From Azolla caroliniana (taxonomy: Eukaryota; Plantae; Polypodiophyta), in NCBI GenBank assembly GCA_043228905.1, contig JBHGNT010000005.1:12772001-12836000 (forward strand): a stretch of 64,000 bases of DNA, in the 5' to 3' direction. Under the pieces are notes generated by a model. It saw only the letters and a program-made list of their open reading frames with translations. It did no database searches and had not been told where the DNA came from. The translations under genes and the position numbers were made by a program. Shown here piece after piece: positions 44,883-56,286 of this stretch. The stretch's first letter is position 1, and each line of letters starts with the position of its first letter.

Positions 44883-45951
44883 CTTCTGCTCTTCTGCCGC
44901 CTCTTTCACGTCGGGTTCACCAAAGATGTCGAGGTATTCCTCGCGGATGCGTGGAATGAGGCGGGACCTCGGGGGTCCTTTACTGAAGAGCAAGAGAGAA
45001 AGGAGAAGAGACCCACTACGTGCGAGCGTAGATCCACAAGGACATGGCCCTTCGACACGAAGACGCGAGCGTGGAAACCAACACAGAGAAGCACAACGGT
45101 ATGTAAGTATATATTAACAGAGACAAACAACAAAACGCGAAGTCAGTTACAACCGAACAGGCCGGCGAACAGATGCCGATGCCTGTTCGTAAACGCACAG
45201 AAAGAAAGAAGCAGGTTGGAGGTGCGGCCGAAAGCACTCGGGCATTCCTCAAAGCAGCGCGAGCCTCCCGAAACCTGCACAGAAAGAAGCTATGGAGTTT
45301 GGAAGAGAGAGAAGCCTTCGGCCCACAATCCGACAGCACTTCGTCCTCTCTTACTTCGCGATCCTTTCTCCCTTCTCGTTTCCCTCCTTTTATAGGCATG
45401 GAAGGAGCCGTTTCCTATTAACTTCCTACCTACCGAATCTACCTACCTAGGATCTCCTATGTCCCTAATTCTCTCCTATGTACAACACAAGGCGTACGTG
45501 CATGAAGAGCCGGTTCCTATGCTCCGGCGCACCGATTCCGCTCGTGGACGGTTTTCTTCACGACAACGTGATGTGGCAAAGGATCATGCATAATGGACTT
45601 AGGAATTCGGTATATAATTTATGGTGCACATATCAATTTATGTTGCACGTTTATGTTGCACATTTATGGTGCTCATTTATATAATTAAAACTCTCTACTA
45701 TTTTCAATGGTAGCTTTTTGCATAGCTAATTTATCAATGGTAGCTTTTTGCAAAAAGGACTATATATCAATGGTAGCTTTTTGCATAGCTAATTAGCTAT
45801 TTCAAGGACATAGCTAATTGTTTCCACTCTCATGCTTTCACCCTCCAACTATAGGAGCTACAAGCCAAATCCCCCATAGGAGTATGTAGGGACAATGCAG
45901 TCCTTAGTACTAAATAGGTGGATCTGCTACATGGAAGGTTATCTAGAGCAG

Positions 45952-47560
45952 TGTCGAGTAAAGCCACGACCATGGGTGGACGTTGGCGCAAAGTTACATA
46001 TGTACATGTGCTACTTGAGCGGGACCATCGAGGACTTGAACCAGAGAAGATGGATGACTCGAACGCTCATTTGAGTCAAATGATCGTTAGAGTTGAAGGT
46101 AGGCCAGAGTCGAACGTATCGTAGGTAAGGCAAATCGAAGGCAAGTCAAAGTCAAAGGTAAGGCAGACTTGAAGGTAGGTTAGAGTCAAAGGTATGACAT
46201 GGTCAAATGTAGGTCAAAGTCAAACGTAGGTTAGAGTTGAAGGTAAGTCAAAGTCGAAGGTAGCCTAGAGTCGAAGGTAGGTTAGAGTCAAAGGTACGTC
46301 AGGGTCAAACGTAGGTCAAAGTCAAACGTAGGTTAGAGTCAAAGGTAAGTCAAAGTCGAAGGTAGGTTAGAGTTGGTCAGAGTCGAAGGTAGCCCAGAGC
46401 CGAAGGTAGGTTAGAATCAAAGGGAGGCCATAGTTGAACGTAGCTACGATTTGAACAATGAGTTATGCCCGAGATTAACACATAATTAACCCAAAGAACT
46501 TGAGATTATGAATGGATTTTACAATATGAAGTCTAGATGGTCCTTTTTATAGGCTAAAACGTTGGATTATAGAAATTTCCTTTATAAAATATGGTCTACA
46601 AGATTTTGGAGTTTTTTTATTCCAACGATGATAATTTTTCAGAAATTAAACACGAACAAAGAACCCTAAATTTCACAAAAAAATGTAAATAAAACCTTAA
46701 AGCAACAAGTATGTCATGGAGAAGAAGAAGAAGAAGAAAATAATAATAATAGGAATGAAGATTTAGGGGGAAATCCTCGAGTTTCGATGTAATCTCCCTA
46801 AGATCAACGGTCACGTCGCCTCGTGTCAATGCTAGTCTTACACGTGTTGATTTGCTTCCCCCAAGCTGGTAAAGCTTCTTTGTCTCTCTTTTTCTCGCCC
46901 CCTCCCATCATTGTTTGCATTTAAAGGAGGTGTTCTTCTCAAATAAAAGTATGTACTTTTTTATTTTAGCAGACGCCATGCTTTCTCTTTCCTAAAGAAT
47001 AATAATAAAGTCACAAAATGTTTTCCTCTTAACACCTTCGATCTATCAATCAACCTTTTTAATAACCATGGTTTAACTAAACTCCTCCTATGCACACCCC
47101 ACATCACGACATCCACACCTACCAAACCTACACATCCTCTAGTATGGACCAAGCGTGGTATCGAGGGGAGCAATCACTCTTCACTTCCTTCACTCATCAT
47201 GTCCATTTCTTCGTTGTTATCATCGATTTTAAGACCTTCAATGCATGGTTCTTTGTCATGTCGTTTCTTGATTGTCTTGATTCTCTTCTCGGCTATTGGT
47301 ATTGCCAACCTTGTTCTGTCCAACTCAGTGAGCTGGTAGGTAGGTAGCATTATCATTAACTTTGATTACCACATACGGCCAAAACCACTGCTTTGCAAAC
47401 TTCCTCATTGTACTATGATGGTTGTCCAAACTACTGTCATAGACAATCACCCAATCCCCTTCCTCAATCTTCTTCAGAAGTGGATGATGCGTTCAATCAA
47501 ACCTCCCCTTATTACAGAGTCCAACCTCGTTTATTTTGTCCAATGCCAGCTCTAAGTCCT
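45952..47560 (-). mobile_element. 3' end remnant of another Gypsy of the same lineage (LTR about 45952-47111 plus integrase C-terminus)
   Basis: TGTCGAG...TCACGACA termini like 38557-39195; CCTATAAAAAGG TATA on minus near 46545; PPT-like remnant after 47111; ORF 47174-47356 (TYQLTELDRTRLAIPIAEKRIK) homologous to the end of 39269-40996. Confidence 0.7.
46085..46445. repeat. Degenerate ~17-bp tandem array (GTCGAAGGTAGGTTAGA-like) inside the LTR
   Basis: Directly visible. Confidence 0.85.
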
Positions 47561-47587
47561 TCGGGCGTTGTTAGAGATCATTCTTAA

Positions 47588-48040
47588 TGTAAGCGTAAGA
47601 CAAGGAATTATAAGTCTAGATAGGTAGATAAGAAAAGAGAGAGAAAGAGGGGTGTTGATCCACCCGACCACCCCTAAGCAAAGGGATCAAGACGGACCCG
47701 AACCTTGATTGGCGTCCCATACCACCGCCATGGTGTCGAGTTGTAATTGGTACTGGCACGCTTGCTACAAGAGTATGTTCACCACAAGGTCACAGTCTCA
47801 ATGTAGTTGAATGATGTCCCTCATGAGGGTAGGTAGGCCTCATATTTATAGCAAAACTTAAGACCCCCATGCAAGTTCACACTTGGCCCTTATGGGTTGT
47901 CTCAATTCCTAGGATTAAAAGTAATCCTCCCTTCTTTGCACTCTCAATTAACCCTCACACTTTATCTATGTGTGTAGAATACTACAGGACAATTGGTCGC
48001 GAGATAAATTATGGTCATGCTCGTAACATGTTCCCCCTCT
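47588..48040 (-). mobile_element. Probable 3' LTR plus PPT of another LTR element
   Basis: TGTAAG...GTAACA termini, CTATAAATA on minus near 47845, GAGGGGGAA PPT at about 48031-48039; no partner LTR seen. Confidence 0.4.
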
Positions 48041-48059
48041 TTAAAACATTGAACTCTGA

Positions 48060-51000
48060 TGTAAAATGGGGTTTGGCCACAACCAAGATTCGAGCACAAA
48101 GAAGAGAAAACAAAAAATTAGAAAATGATTAACTTACATAGAGACACAGGCTGTGAGTGTGGAAAACCCCAACCGGGTAAAAAACTGTGGGAGCCGAAAG
48201 ACTCCGAACAGTTCACTATGAGAGGCAATACAATGAGACTCACATGCAACAACCTCAAGCTTGTCTTCTTCGCCTACATGCGGTTACAACAGAGATGCTT
48301 CACTTCTTAGTCTCTCTCTCTCTCTTTCACACAGTTACACAATCAAAACTCTACTATAACTCTCCATAAAGTTTTTGCCCTAGTTATCTTTATACTTATA
48401 CAAATTAGGACTATTTACAAATCTGGCCTAAATAGCCGCAACGAAACCTATTGACAAATATTGCCATTTTCGGATGCCTCTCCGAAACCGATCTGAATCT
48501 AGATCCAAACTTGCTTCTTCTTCTGATCTTACTTGTCCTTTACTTCCCATCCGAAGGGACCTGTTTCCCAACAAACGCCCCCTTCACTTTGGCATGGGAT
48601 GTTTTGTCAATCCGACGTGTCTTCGACACACGTCCAACTTCTCTGCCGACAACACCTTTGTCAGCATGTCCGATCCGTTCTCCGATGTGTGGATCTTCAT
48701 TAGAGCAAACTCATTTACTTCTACCCTCTCCCGAAGCCAATGGTATCTCCTCTGGATGTGCTTGGTTGTCGCAGTAGAGTCGGAATTCTTCTTGCCGAAT
48801 CCCCAATCTCCAATGAACTCCTTCATCCAGATTATCTCCTTGTCGGCTTCCGTTGCAGCCATATACTCCGCTTTCGTGGTTGACAGTGCCACTGACTTCT
48901 GCATCCTCGTCTGCCACGATATGGCTCCCCCTGCATAAGTCATGACATATCCGGACGTGGACCGGCTGGCATCCACATTAACTGACATCTCTAAATCAGT
49001 AAAGCCTTCTAATAGGGGTTTACCTTAACCGAATCAAAGGCACACGCTTGAGGTGCCTTTTAGGTACCGAAGTATCCACTTGATAGTTGCCCAATGCTCT
49101 TTGCCAGGATTTCTCATGATTTGGCTGACGACTCCGAATGCATATCCGATGTCCGTCCTGGTACACACCATTGCGTACATTAGGCTTCAGATCGCTGAGC
49201 CATAGGGTACCTTTGTCATCTTAACTTTCTTTGAGTTTGTCTTTGGACTTTGTCTCCCAGACAGCTTACAGTTTCTCAGAAGTGTCGTTGTCCATGTAGA
49301 ATCTCTGGAGCACCTTTGTAACGTACTTCTCTTGTGACAACCACAATAGCTTCTTTGTCCGGTCCAAGACGATGTGCATCCCCAGGATTTGCTTTGCCAG
49401 ACCCATATCCTTCATTGAGACTGACCTACTCAAGGCCTTCTTCAAGCTTTCGATTTTCTTCGGGTCTCATCCAACAATCACCATGTCGTCCACGTATAGT
49501 AAGAGAATGAGGAAATCTCCTTCGTCGAACTTCTTCACAAACATACAATGATCGGCCTGCGTTTTGTTGTACACTTGATTTGTCATGAAGGATTTGAATT
49601 TTCGGTACCATTGTTGAGGCACCTGCTTCAACCCATACAAGATCTTTCTCAATCGGCATACCAGGTTATGTTTACCTTTCTCCTCGAATCCTTCTAGCTA
49701 CTACATGTATATCTCCTCTTCGAGATCGCCATGTAGGAACATCGTCTTGACATCCATTTGTTCGATTACGAGATCCATGTTGGCTTATATTCTCAACACC
49801 GTTCGGATCAATGTCATCTTCACGACCGAGGCAAATATTTTGTCGAAATCGACACCGTTCTTCTGTTAAAAACCTTTCACCATGATTTTAGCTTTACACT
49901 TGGGTGGATTACCACCATCTCCGGTTTCAATTTGTATACCCACTTATTCCAGAGTGCCCTTTTTCCTTTCGGCAACTCGGTCAATTCGTATGCGTAGTTT
50001 TCATGCAAGGAATCCATCTCCTCTTGCATGACACTTAACCACTTTCAGTTGTGGGTATCTCTCTTAGCTTCTTCGAAGCTTTCTGGCTCCCCCTAGTCGG
50101 TTAGCAGTACACGTTTTTCATTTGGAAATCTCTTGGGGTCCCTTCTCTCTCTCAAGGGATATCTTTTGCCTCCACTCGGCATAGTCGATTCTTCTTCGGC
50201 CGAGGTGAATTTGGTTCCTTGTTCGGTCGATTCCCCTTGTTCTTCAGTCGGTTCTCTATTTTGCCGAGTATTTAATCGGCCGACTGGCTCAGATTCGATT
50301 TCGATCGAATCAACTTCTTCTAGATTCGGCCGAGCATCGACTCGGCTCGATTTGGTAGCTGAAGGCCTACTTTCAATCTCACAAACTGCAATTATCTTTT
50401 TCTCCATGAAGACAATATCTCAGCTCCTAATCACCTTCTTGTTGATTAGGTCCCATAGCCAATAGTCGAATTCATCTTCGTCGTAGCCGAGAAATAGGTA
50501 TGACCGGCTCTTGGAATCGAGTTTCCCCCTGTGGTCCTTAGCTATATGCACGTAGGCTAGGCAACCGAACACCCTCACACTTCTTTGCCGGACCATACCC
50601 TTTGTGGTATGTCACCTTCTAGTGGGACCGATGGAGACCTGTTTAGAACATAAATGCCTATCATCAACGCCTCGGCCCAATAAATCTTCGGCAATTTCGC
50701 ATGTGCCAGCATACATTAGACTCTCTCCATGATAGTCTAGTTCATTCGCTTGGCCATTCCATTGAGCTCATGCGTCTTCGGCATTGTATACTCTAGTCAA
50801 ATACCTTGGGATTAGTAGTATTCTTCAAAAAGCCCTCTATACTCTCCGCCATTGTCCGTCCAGACTACCTTCAATTTTTGGTTGGTTTCTCTCTCGACTC
50901 TCACCTGGAACTCCTTGAAGACACCTAGTATTTGATCCTTCATCTTCAACATGTAAGCCTACAACTTACGATTGTAATCGTCAATGAAGGTGTATTTTCC

Positions 51001-53102
51001 ACCAGAATGCGATTTTGCATTTACATAACATACATCGGTGTGTACGAGTTCCAAGGCAATTTTCCTCCTAATGAGAGGCCTCGATTGGAATGCGGCTCTA
51101 TTTTGTTTGCCGGCCAGGCAATCAACACATTTGTCCAATGCACTTTCTTCATATCCGGTAGGAGATCTTTCTCGGCTAGCACATGGATTCCCTTCTGGCT
51201 GATGTGGCATAGACTCTTGTGCCATAGCTCACCGGCTGTGTCGGCTGCCACGTTGACTTCATTTCGGCATAATTGAGCATTCATTATATAGAGTGTGTTG
51301 GTTTTTCGGGCTCGAGCCACAATCAAGCTCCCCTTACAGAACTTCATGACACCGTTCGGATGCTACCCATGTAGCCTGCATCATCCAACCTACCGGCTGA
51401 TATAAGATTTAATCTGACTTCCAAAACATGTCAAACATCTTTCAGCACTAGTCGACATCAAGTTGACGTTACCAGACACACATCTCCAATGCTGACAATT
51501 CGACATGCTCCTTCATTTACCATCTTTACAGATCCGAGATCTCTGGCTCTATAAGATGAGAAGCACTTCTGAATGGGGGTTAGGTGGAATGACGCACCCA
51601 AATGATCCACCCAAATGAACCACCCAAATGAACCACCCATGTTGATTCATCGCCGACAAGGTTCACTTTGTTTTTCTCACTGATGAGCAACAACTCCTCA
51701 CTTGTCACGATTGCCGATGTGTTCTTGTTGTCTGAAATATTATTCGACTACACATTGTCGGCTCCCCCCATTTCCTTTTGGAAGTGTCGACAATTCTTTT
51801 GGAAGTGCCCTGACTTCCCACAATAGAAGCACGTGGGCCTTCCCCTCGATTTTGACCTTGTCCCCAACTTATCTCGATTCTAGGGACTTCGATTTCAGCC
51901 TCTTCCTCAATTCGTGTCACTTTCCGTGACTAAGACCTTTGGCTCGGCTATAGACTCTCGTTCCTTTTGGCAAGCTTCCTCATTTAGTAAGCTTGGCTTC
52001 ACCTGCTCTAGGGATAGATGCTTCCCTTCAAGTTCGGTGTTGCCCAATGTGACAACAAGCATTTCCTAGCTATCCGGAAGGGATCCCAACAACAATAATG
52101 TTAATACCTCATCGGCAAGAGGTACTTCTAGAGAGGTGGTTTGATTCATCAGTCCTTGGAAGGCATTAATATGCTCCACCATGATGGAGCCGTTTTGATA
52201 TCGGAGTCTCACGATTTTTCCAAAAATTGAGACTTTGTTCACGGCGTTCTTGTTTTCGAACATCACGCCAATCTTCTTCCAGAGGTCGTCGGCACTCGTC
52301 TTCCAGAGGACGTCGACACTCGTCTCTTCATCAAAGTTGTTGTATAGACTCATGTCTATAAAACACCTTATATATGCAACCGACTTCAGATGCATGGCTT
52401 CCCAAGTCGATGCATCGATCTTGTCTGGCTTCGTCTTTCCGTACTGCACCGACGGCCACATGTCTTTGCACACAAGCATATCACGCATTTTCGACTTCCA
52501 CATGGAGCCGTTAACTTGAACATTCCGCCGAAATCTTCGCCCATTGCTTTGATACCAGTTTGTTATGATTGTGACCGGCCACAACCGGTTACTCGTATGT
52601 ATGTTCGGGTGCATAAACTGAAAATGATAGTGCAGAGATACAGAGAACACCAAATGTTTTACGTGGAAAACCCAAAAGGGAAAAAAACTACGGGGGTCCA
52701 CAAACCCCAAGAAAACAAATCACTATGTGTAGAGGGAGGAATACAAGGAGACTCGGAGGCAACAACCTCGAGCTCGTCTTCGTCTAACAAATGGCGATAG
52801 AGTTACTACTCTCACACACATTCTCATTGGTTATTGAGGCAACAATTGCGTTCAACTATACAATAGTAATAATGATCAACTACCCTAATAAAGTTTGCCC
52901 TAGTTGCATTTATAATTATACAACTTTCTAGCTATTTATAGATATAGCCCACATGGGGCACATTTAGACTATTTGTAAATATAGTCTCTCGAATCGGTTA
53001 TATAATCGATTCTCGATTTCGGCCTCAGCCGAATTACCCATTGGTTCCATCCGATTCTACTTGTACTTGTCTTCCCATCTGGAGGGACCTTTTTTCCCAA
53101 CA
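48060..53102 (-). mobile_element. Degenerate Ty1/Copia (Tork/Tnt1-like) element with discordant LTRs
   Basis: LTR-like 48060-48573 and 52561-53102, both ending TTCCCAACA; PBS (iMet type) at 52546-52557; PPT after 48573; gag 52066-52710, INT pieces 50959-51347, RT LLLYVDDM 49467-49652, RH 48584-48988. Confidence 0.85.
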
Positions 53103-53719
53103 TCGACTGACCTACTTCAAGAGTGATTTAGCTCTATGAACTACTGGTTTTTCAAGTGTTTCTTCTTAGGGAGAATGATCTTGCAGATGTTGCCGAATAG
53201 AAGACTTCAATTGGGCTGAAGTCTCAAAGTCTATTTTGTCAAATGAAGTTAATAGAAAGAACTTCAAAGAATACTAGAGAAGAGGTGTTGATGAAGACAA
53301 GAAGACAGTCTGTCAACAGGATGCAAGAAAACCTTGCTCTGATACCAGATGTTAGAAATGCGATCGTCATATGCACAATAAGGTTAGCACTCTTCAAGTA
53401 AAGAACACCCAATTGATATTGATATAAAGGTGAGAATAGATTGAAGACAAAGTAGGCAACTGAATCAAGAATCAAGATTAAGAAAGACAACAAGAAGAAG
53501 ACAACAATGGGCACAAGAACAATGTAATTGTATTATTATCTTAGAGAGTTACAATGGCACAGTGTACAATATGAACAACCACTAAACTAGGTTACAAAGG
53601 TCACTTTAAATACCAACTAACCTAGGGAAAATGCCCTTTCCAATATTTACAATTATGGCCTAAACCTAGACTATCCAATGGGATAGTGTGAATACGTCTA
53701 TATTGTCCCGTATTCAACA
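53103..53719 (-). mobile_element. 5' LTR, PBS and leader of a truncated LTR element
   Basis: PBS TGGTATCAGAGC at 53336-53347; LTR about 53350-53719 (TGTT...AACA). Confidence 0.6.
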
Positions 53720-54118
53720 ACCATTGTCTCTAGCCGGTGCTCCGGTCCGGTTTCTCCTGGTTGCTTGCCTCCTTGTGCGTGCTCCTCGACCCGTCTGATC
53801 GACTTGTCTACTCCTAAGGCCTTTGAAAACCTTCTCCTTGCCCTTACGAAATTGGTGCCCCTCAACCCGTCAGCTCCTCCGCATCGGCGTTGGCATCGGT
53901 TGCCTCCTTATTTTTTTGGCCTTCATATGATTCAGCTTGTATGAATCGGTTGCCTTACTTATTCGTTTTCAATCCGGCCTTCAACTATCTTAGCCCAAGC
54001 CTTCCTAACTTTCTTCTCCTTTCCAGCTCCACCCCTACATTTGGTTGGCTCCAGCTTGCTCGTCCGGCCACTCCTCCTACAGTCGGTTGGTCTTCCCTTA
54101 GCCAACTTTCTTCTAGTC
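53720..54118 (-). mobile_element. Degenerate Copia 3' extension region related to 25330-25800
   Basis: Local similarity by eye, e.g. CCGGTTTCTCCTGG...GCTCCTCGACC versus CCGGTTCCTCCTGG...GCTCCTGGACC. Confidence 0.45.
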
Positions 54119-54548
54119 TGTTGAGAGATCAAGCTCAACTTAATTTAGTTATTTAGTCAACCATGCAACTTCGTAGTTACCTAGATAGAATCTAGTTATA
54201 ATTGTTGATTATAACGCCTTAAATAGGACCTTGTACTTAAGTGGGATATTCTAGATCCTCCACTCCTAAGTACATTTAATATAGGACTTACACCTTAGTA
54301 CCTATATTCTACTCACACATGTGCACCTTTGCACATGAGACCTATATATACCTCATTGTGTGGGTATTTTTGTATTTTTGATGATGCTTTTTATATAATT
54401 AATCATCCCCCATCTTGTCTTGTTGTTCATAAGTGTATCCTCCTCTCTCTCTTCCTTATACACACACATATCACATAATCTTCAGCGCTTAATTTAATCA
54501 CATAATTAGGTACTAATTAACCCTTTCTTAATTACCTAATTCTTAACA
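54119..54548 (+). mobile_element. Copia solo LTR
   Basis: Starts TGTTGAGAGATCAAGCTCAAC, nearly the same terminus as the 24927 family in element orientation; ends TTAACA; flanks TAGTC/TAGTT; CTATATATA box. Confidence 0.75.
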
Positions 54549-55068
54549 TAGTTGTTCTATTGTCCAATTCGGCTTTCTCAATCGATTCAAGACTCTCTTT
54601 TTCGACTCTCTCTCTCAACGGCTCTTTCTACCGTCTACCGTCGTCACTGTTTGCAGTCGTCATCGTAGTCGTTGCTGCTGCCATCGTCGTCATCGTCTAT
54701 CGTTGTCTGCCTGTTGTCATCGGATGTCGTTGTCGCCGCCGTCTGTCGCTACAACCACCGTCTGTCATCGTCGACTATCGCTGCAGCTACCGCCGTCTGT
54801 CACCGTTGCCGTCGACTATCGCTGCAACCGCCGCCGTCGCAATCTGACGTCGTCGTTGTCATCATTTGTCGATGTTGTCCTTCGCCGTTGTTTGGTTTGT
54901 GGCACAGTTGTCGTTGTTACCTACACCTCTTACAACATCGTCAGTTGCGTAGACGAGAGAGTACAAATGTGCTTCTACACTTGTACCTATCGCGCAAGAC
55001 ATCGATGCTCGGCTAAGATTTTTCTGTCCTTTTTGACTTTTTCTTTCTTTTATCTTTTGAATTACAAC

Positions 55069-55815
55069 ATGACTTCTCGACGAAACCATAAGGAAACACA
55101 TGACGAAATTATAAGTAAGGAAGAATTTTTAGATGTCCTTAACCGGTTAGTTAAAATGGAAAAATGGGCGAATGAGATTGAAGCTCAAAAACAAAAAGAT
55201 AAGGAAGAAAAAGAATTACTTATTGTTGAAATAGCGAAACTTAAGGAAGACAACGTGACCCTTCAAAAACAAGTTAAGGACCTTGAGACATCTAGGGAAG
55301 ATGGTGAAATATCTTCCCTAAAGGATATTAAGGACGAGATAAAAAAGGTTAAGGAAGAGGTTAAAAGTGATATGGAATTAGCAAAAACTGGGTGGGTTGA
55401 TGTAGTAAAACGTAATATTAAAAAGGAACTAAAGGATGAAAATATTGTAAACACCACCCTTGAGGAGGAAAAAATGTGTCAAGCTCGACGCTTAAACGTA
55501 AGAGTTACTAGGCTCAAGGAAGGGGCATCTCCCGATGAAGATGCACAAACATTAGGGAAGATGTTGGGGTACGAAGCCCTACCAATCACTAAAACTTGGA
55601 GAGTAGGACGTGACACCACTAGGAAAAGAGCATTAGTCCTTCAGTTTAAGGACTCAGAATCTAGGATCACCTTTTTTAAAAAGAGACCAATTCTTCGAGG
55701 ATTGGGAGGGGATCCTATCTACCTCGATGAAAACTTGACCAAGATGCAAATTGACATCATATATGCTCGAGAGTGCCTAGTCTCCCGTCTCACTCTAATC
55801 TTCAACCGTGCCTAG
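55069..55815 (+). CDS. LINE ORF1-like protein fused to the start of the RT region by deletion
   Basis: MTSRRNHKE...coiled coil...RRLNVRVTRLKEG...WRVGR...RALVLQF...IYLDENLT, then RT-upstream residues LTLIFNRA. Confidence 0.7.
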   Translation: MTSRRNHKETHDEIISKEEFLDVLNRLVKMEKWANEIEAQKQKDKEEKELLIVEIAKLKEDNVTLQKQVKDLETSREDGEISSLKDIKDEIKKVKEEVKSDMELAKTGWVDVVKRNIKKELKDENIVNTTLEEEKMCQARRLNVRVTRLKEGASPDEDAQTLGKMLGYEALPITKTWRVGRDTTRKRALVLQFKDSESRITFFKKRPILRGLGGDPIYLDENLTKMQIDIIYARECLVSRLTLIFNRA

Positions 55816-56286
55816 CCGAGGGTTTTCCACCACAATGGGCCATGAACACAGTGGCTCCTATACATAAAGGAGGGGACCTAATGGACCCAAATACATATAT
55901 GACCATTATGATAGGTCATACACTCGCTAAACTATATGGTGCAGTAATGGAAGCAGAGCTCAACGATTATATGGAAACGTTAAGTCTTCGCGCACCTGAG
56001 CAGGCTAGCTTTAGACGAGCCTTCTCCACTATTGACCATATCTTCACACTTAGGTGCTTAATTGACTAGACGAAGGCTCGTAAGAAGAAACTATATTGTT
56101 GCTTTGTGGACTTCCGCAAAGCCTTTGACACGGTTCCTAGGGAGAGGTTATTTGATACACTTAAGAGCTTGGGGATACCAAATGACATGATCTGGGCCAT
56201 TTATGCCTTATATGAGCAAGTCTCTAGGTGCGTACGATGCCCAAGTGGCCTATCTGATTGTTTCACTAGCACCATTGGTGTAAAAC

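Larger units (their letters stand above)
38557..45565 (-). mobile_element. Full-length Ty3/Gypsy retrotransposon, tRNA-Trp PBS, disabled ORFs
   Basis: 639-bp LTRs at 38557-39195 and 44927-45565; 4-bp ACGT TSD; PBS TGGTGAACCCGACGTGAA at 44905-44922; PPT GGTGGGGGGCGGA at 39196-39208; gag-PR (VDHGSE), RT (PFLDDIPIKG), RH, INT, no chromodomain. Confidence 0.95.
20343..45843 (-). mobile_element. Large Sola2-like DNA transposon with cargo genes and three nested LTR elements
   Basis: TIRs GGGTAAAAGCATGCAAGTGGAAA (20343-20365) and the reverse complement of 45821-45843, GGGTGAAAGCATGAGAGTGGAAA (20/23 match). TCCA TSD at 20339-20342 and 45844-45847. DDD transposase inside, with TAGCTAATTAGCTA repeats at both subtermini. 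Confidence 0.82.

Noticed and set aside
38486-45421. Many overlapping antisense ORFs in GC-rich retroelements and LTRs
   Set aside because: Shadow ORFs expected from high GC and codon bias; the same applies to 1357-6960, 25333-30210 and 60397-63489.
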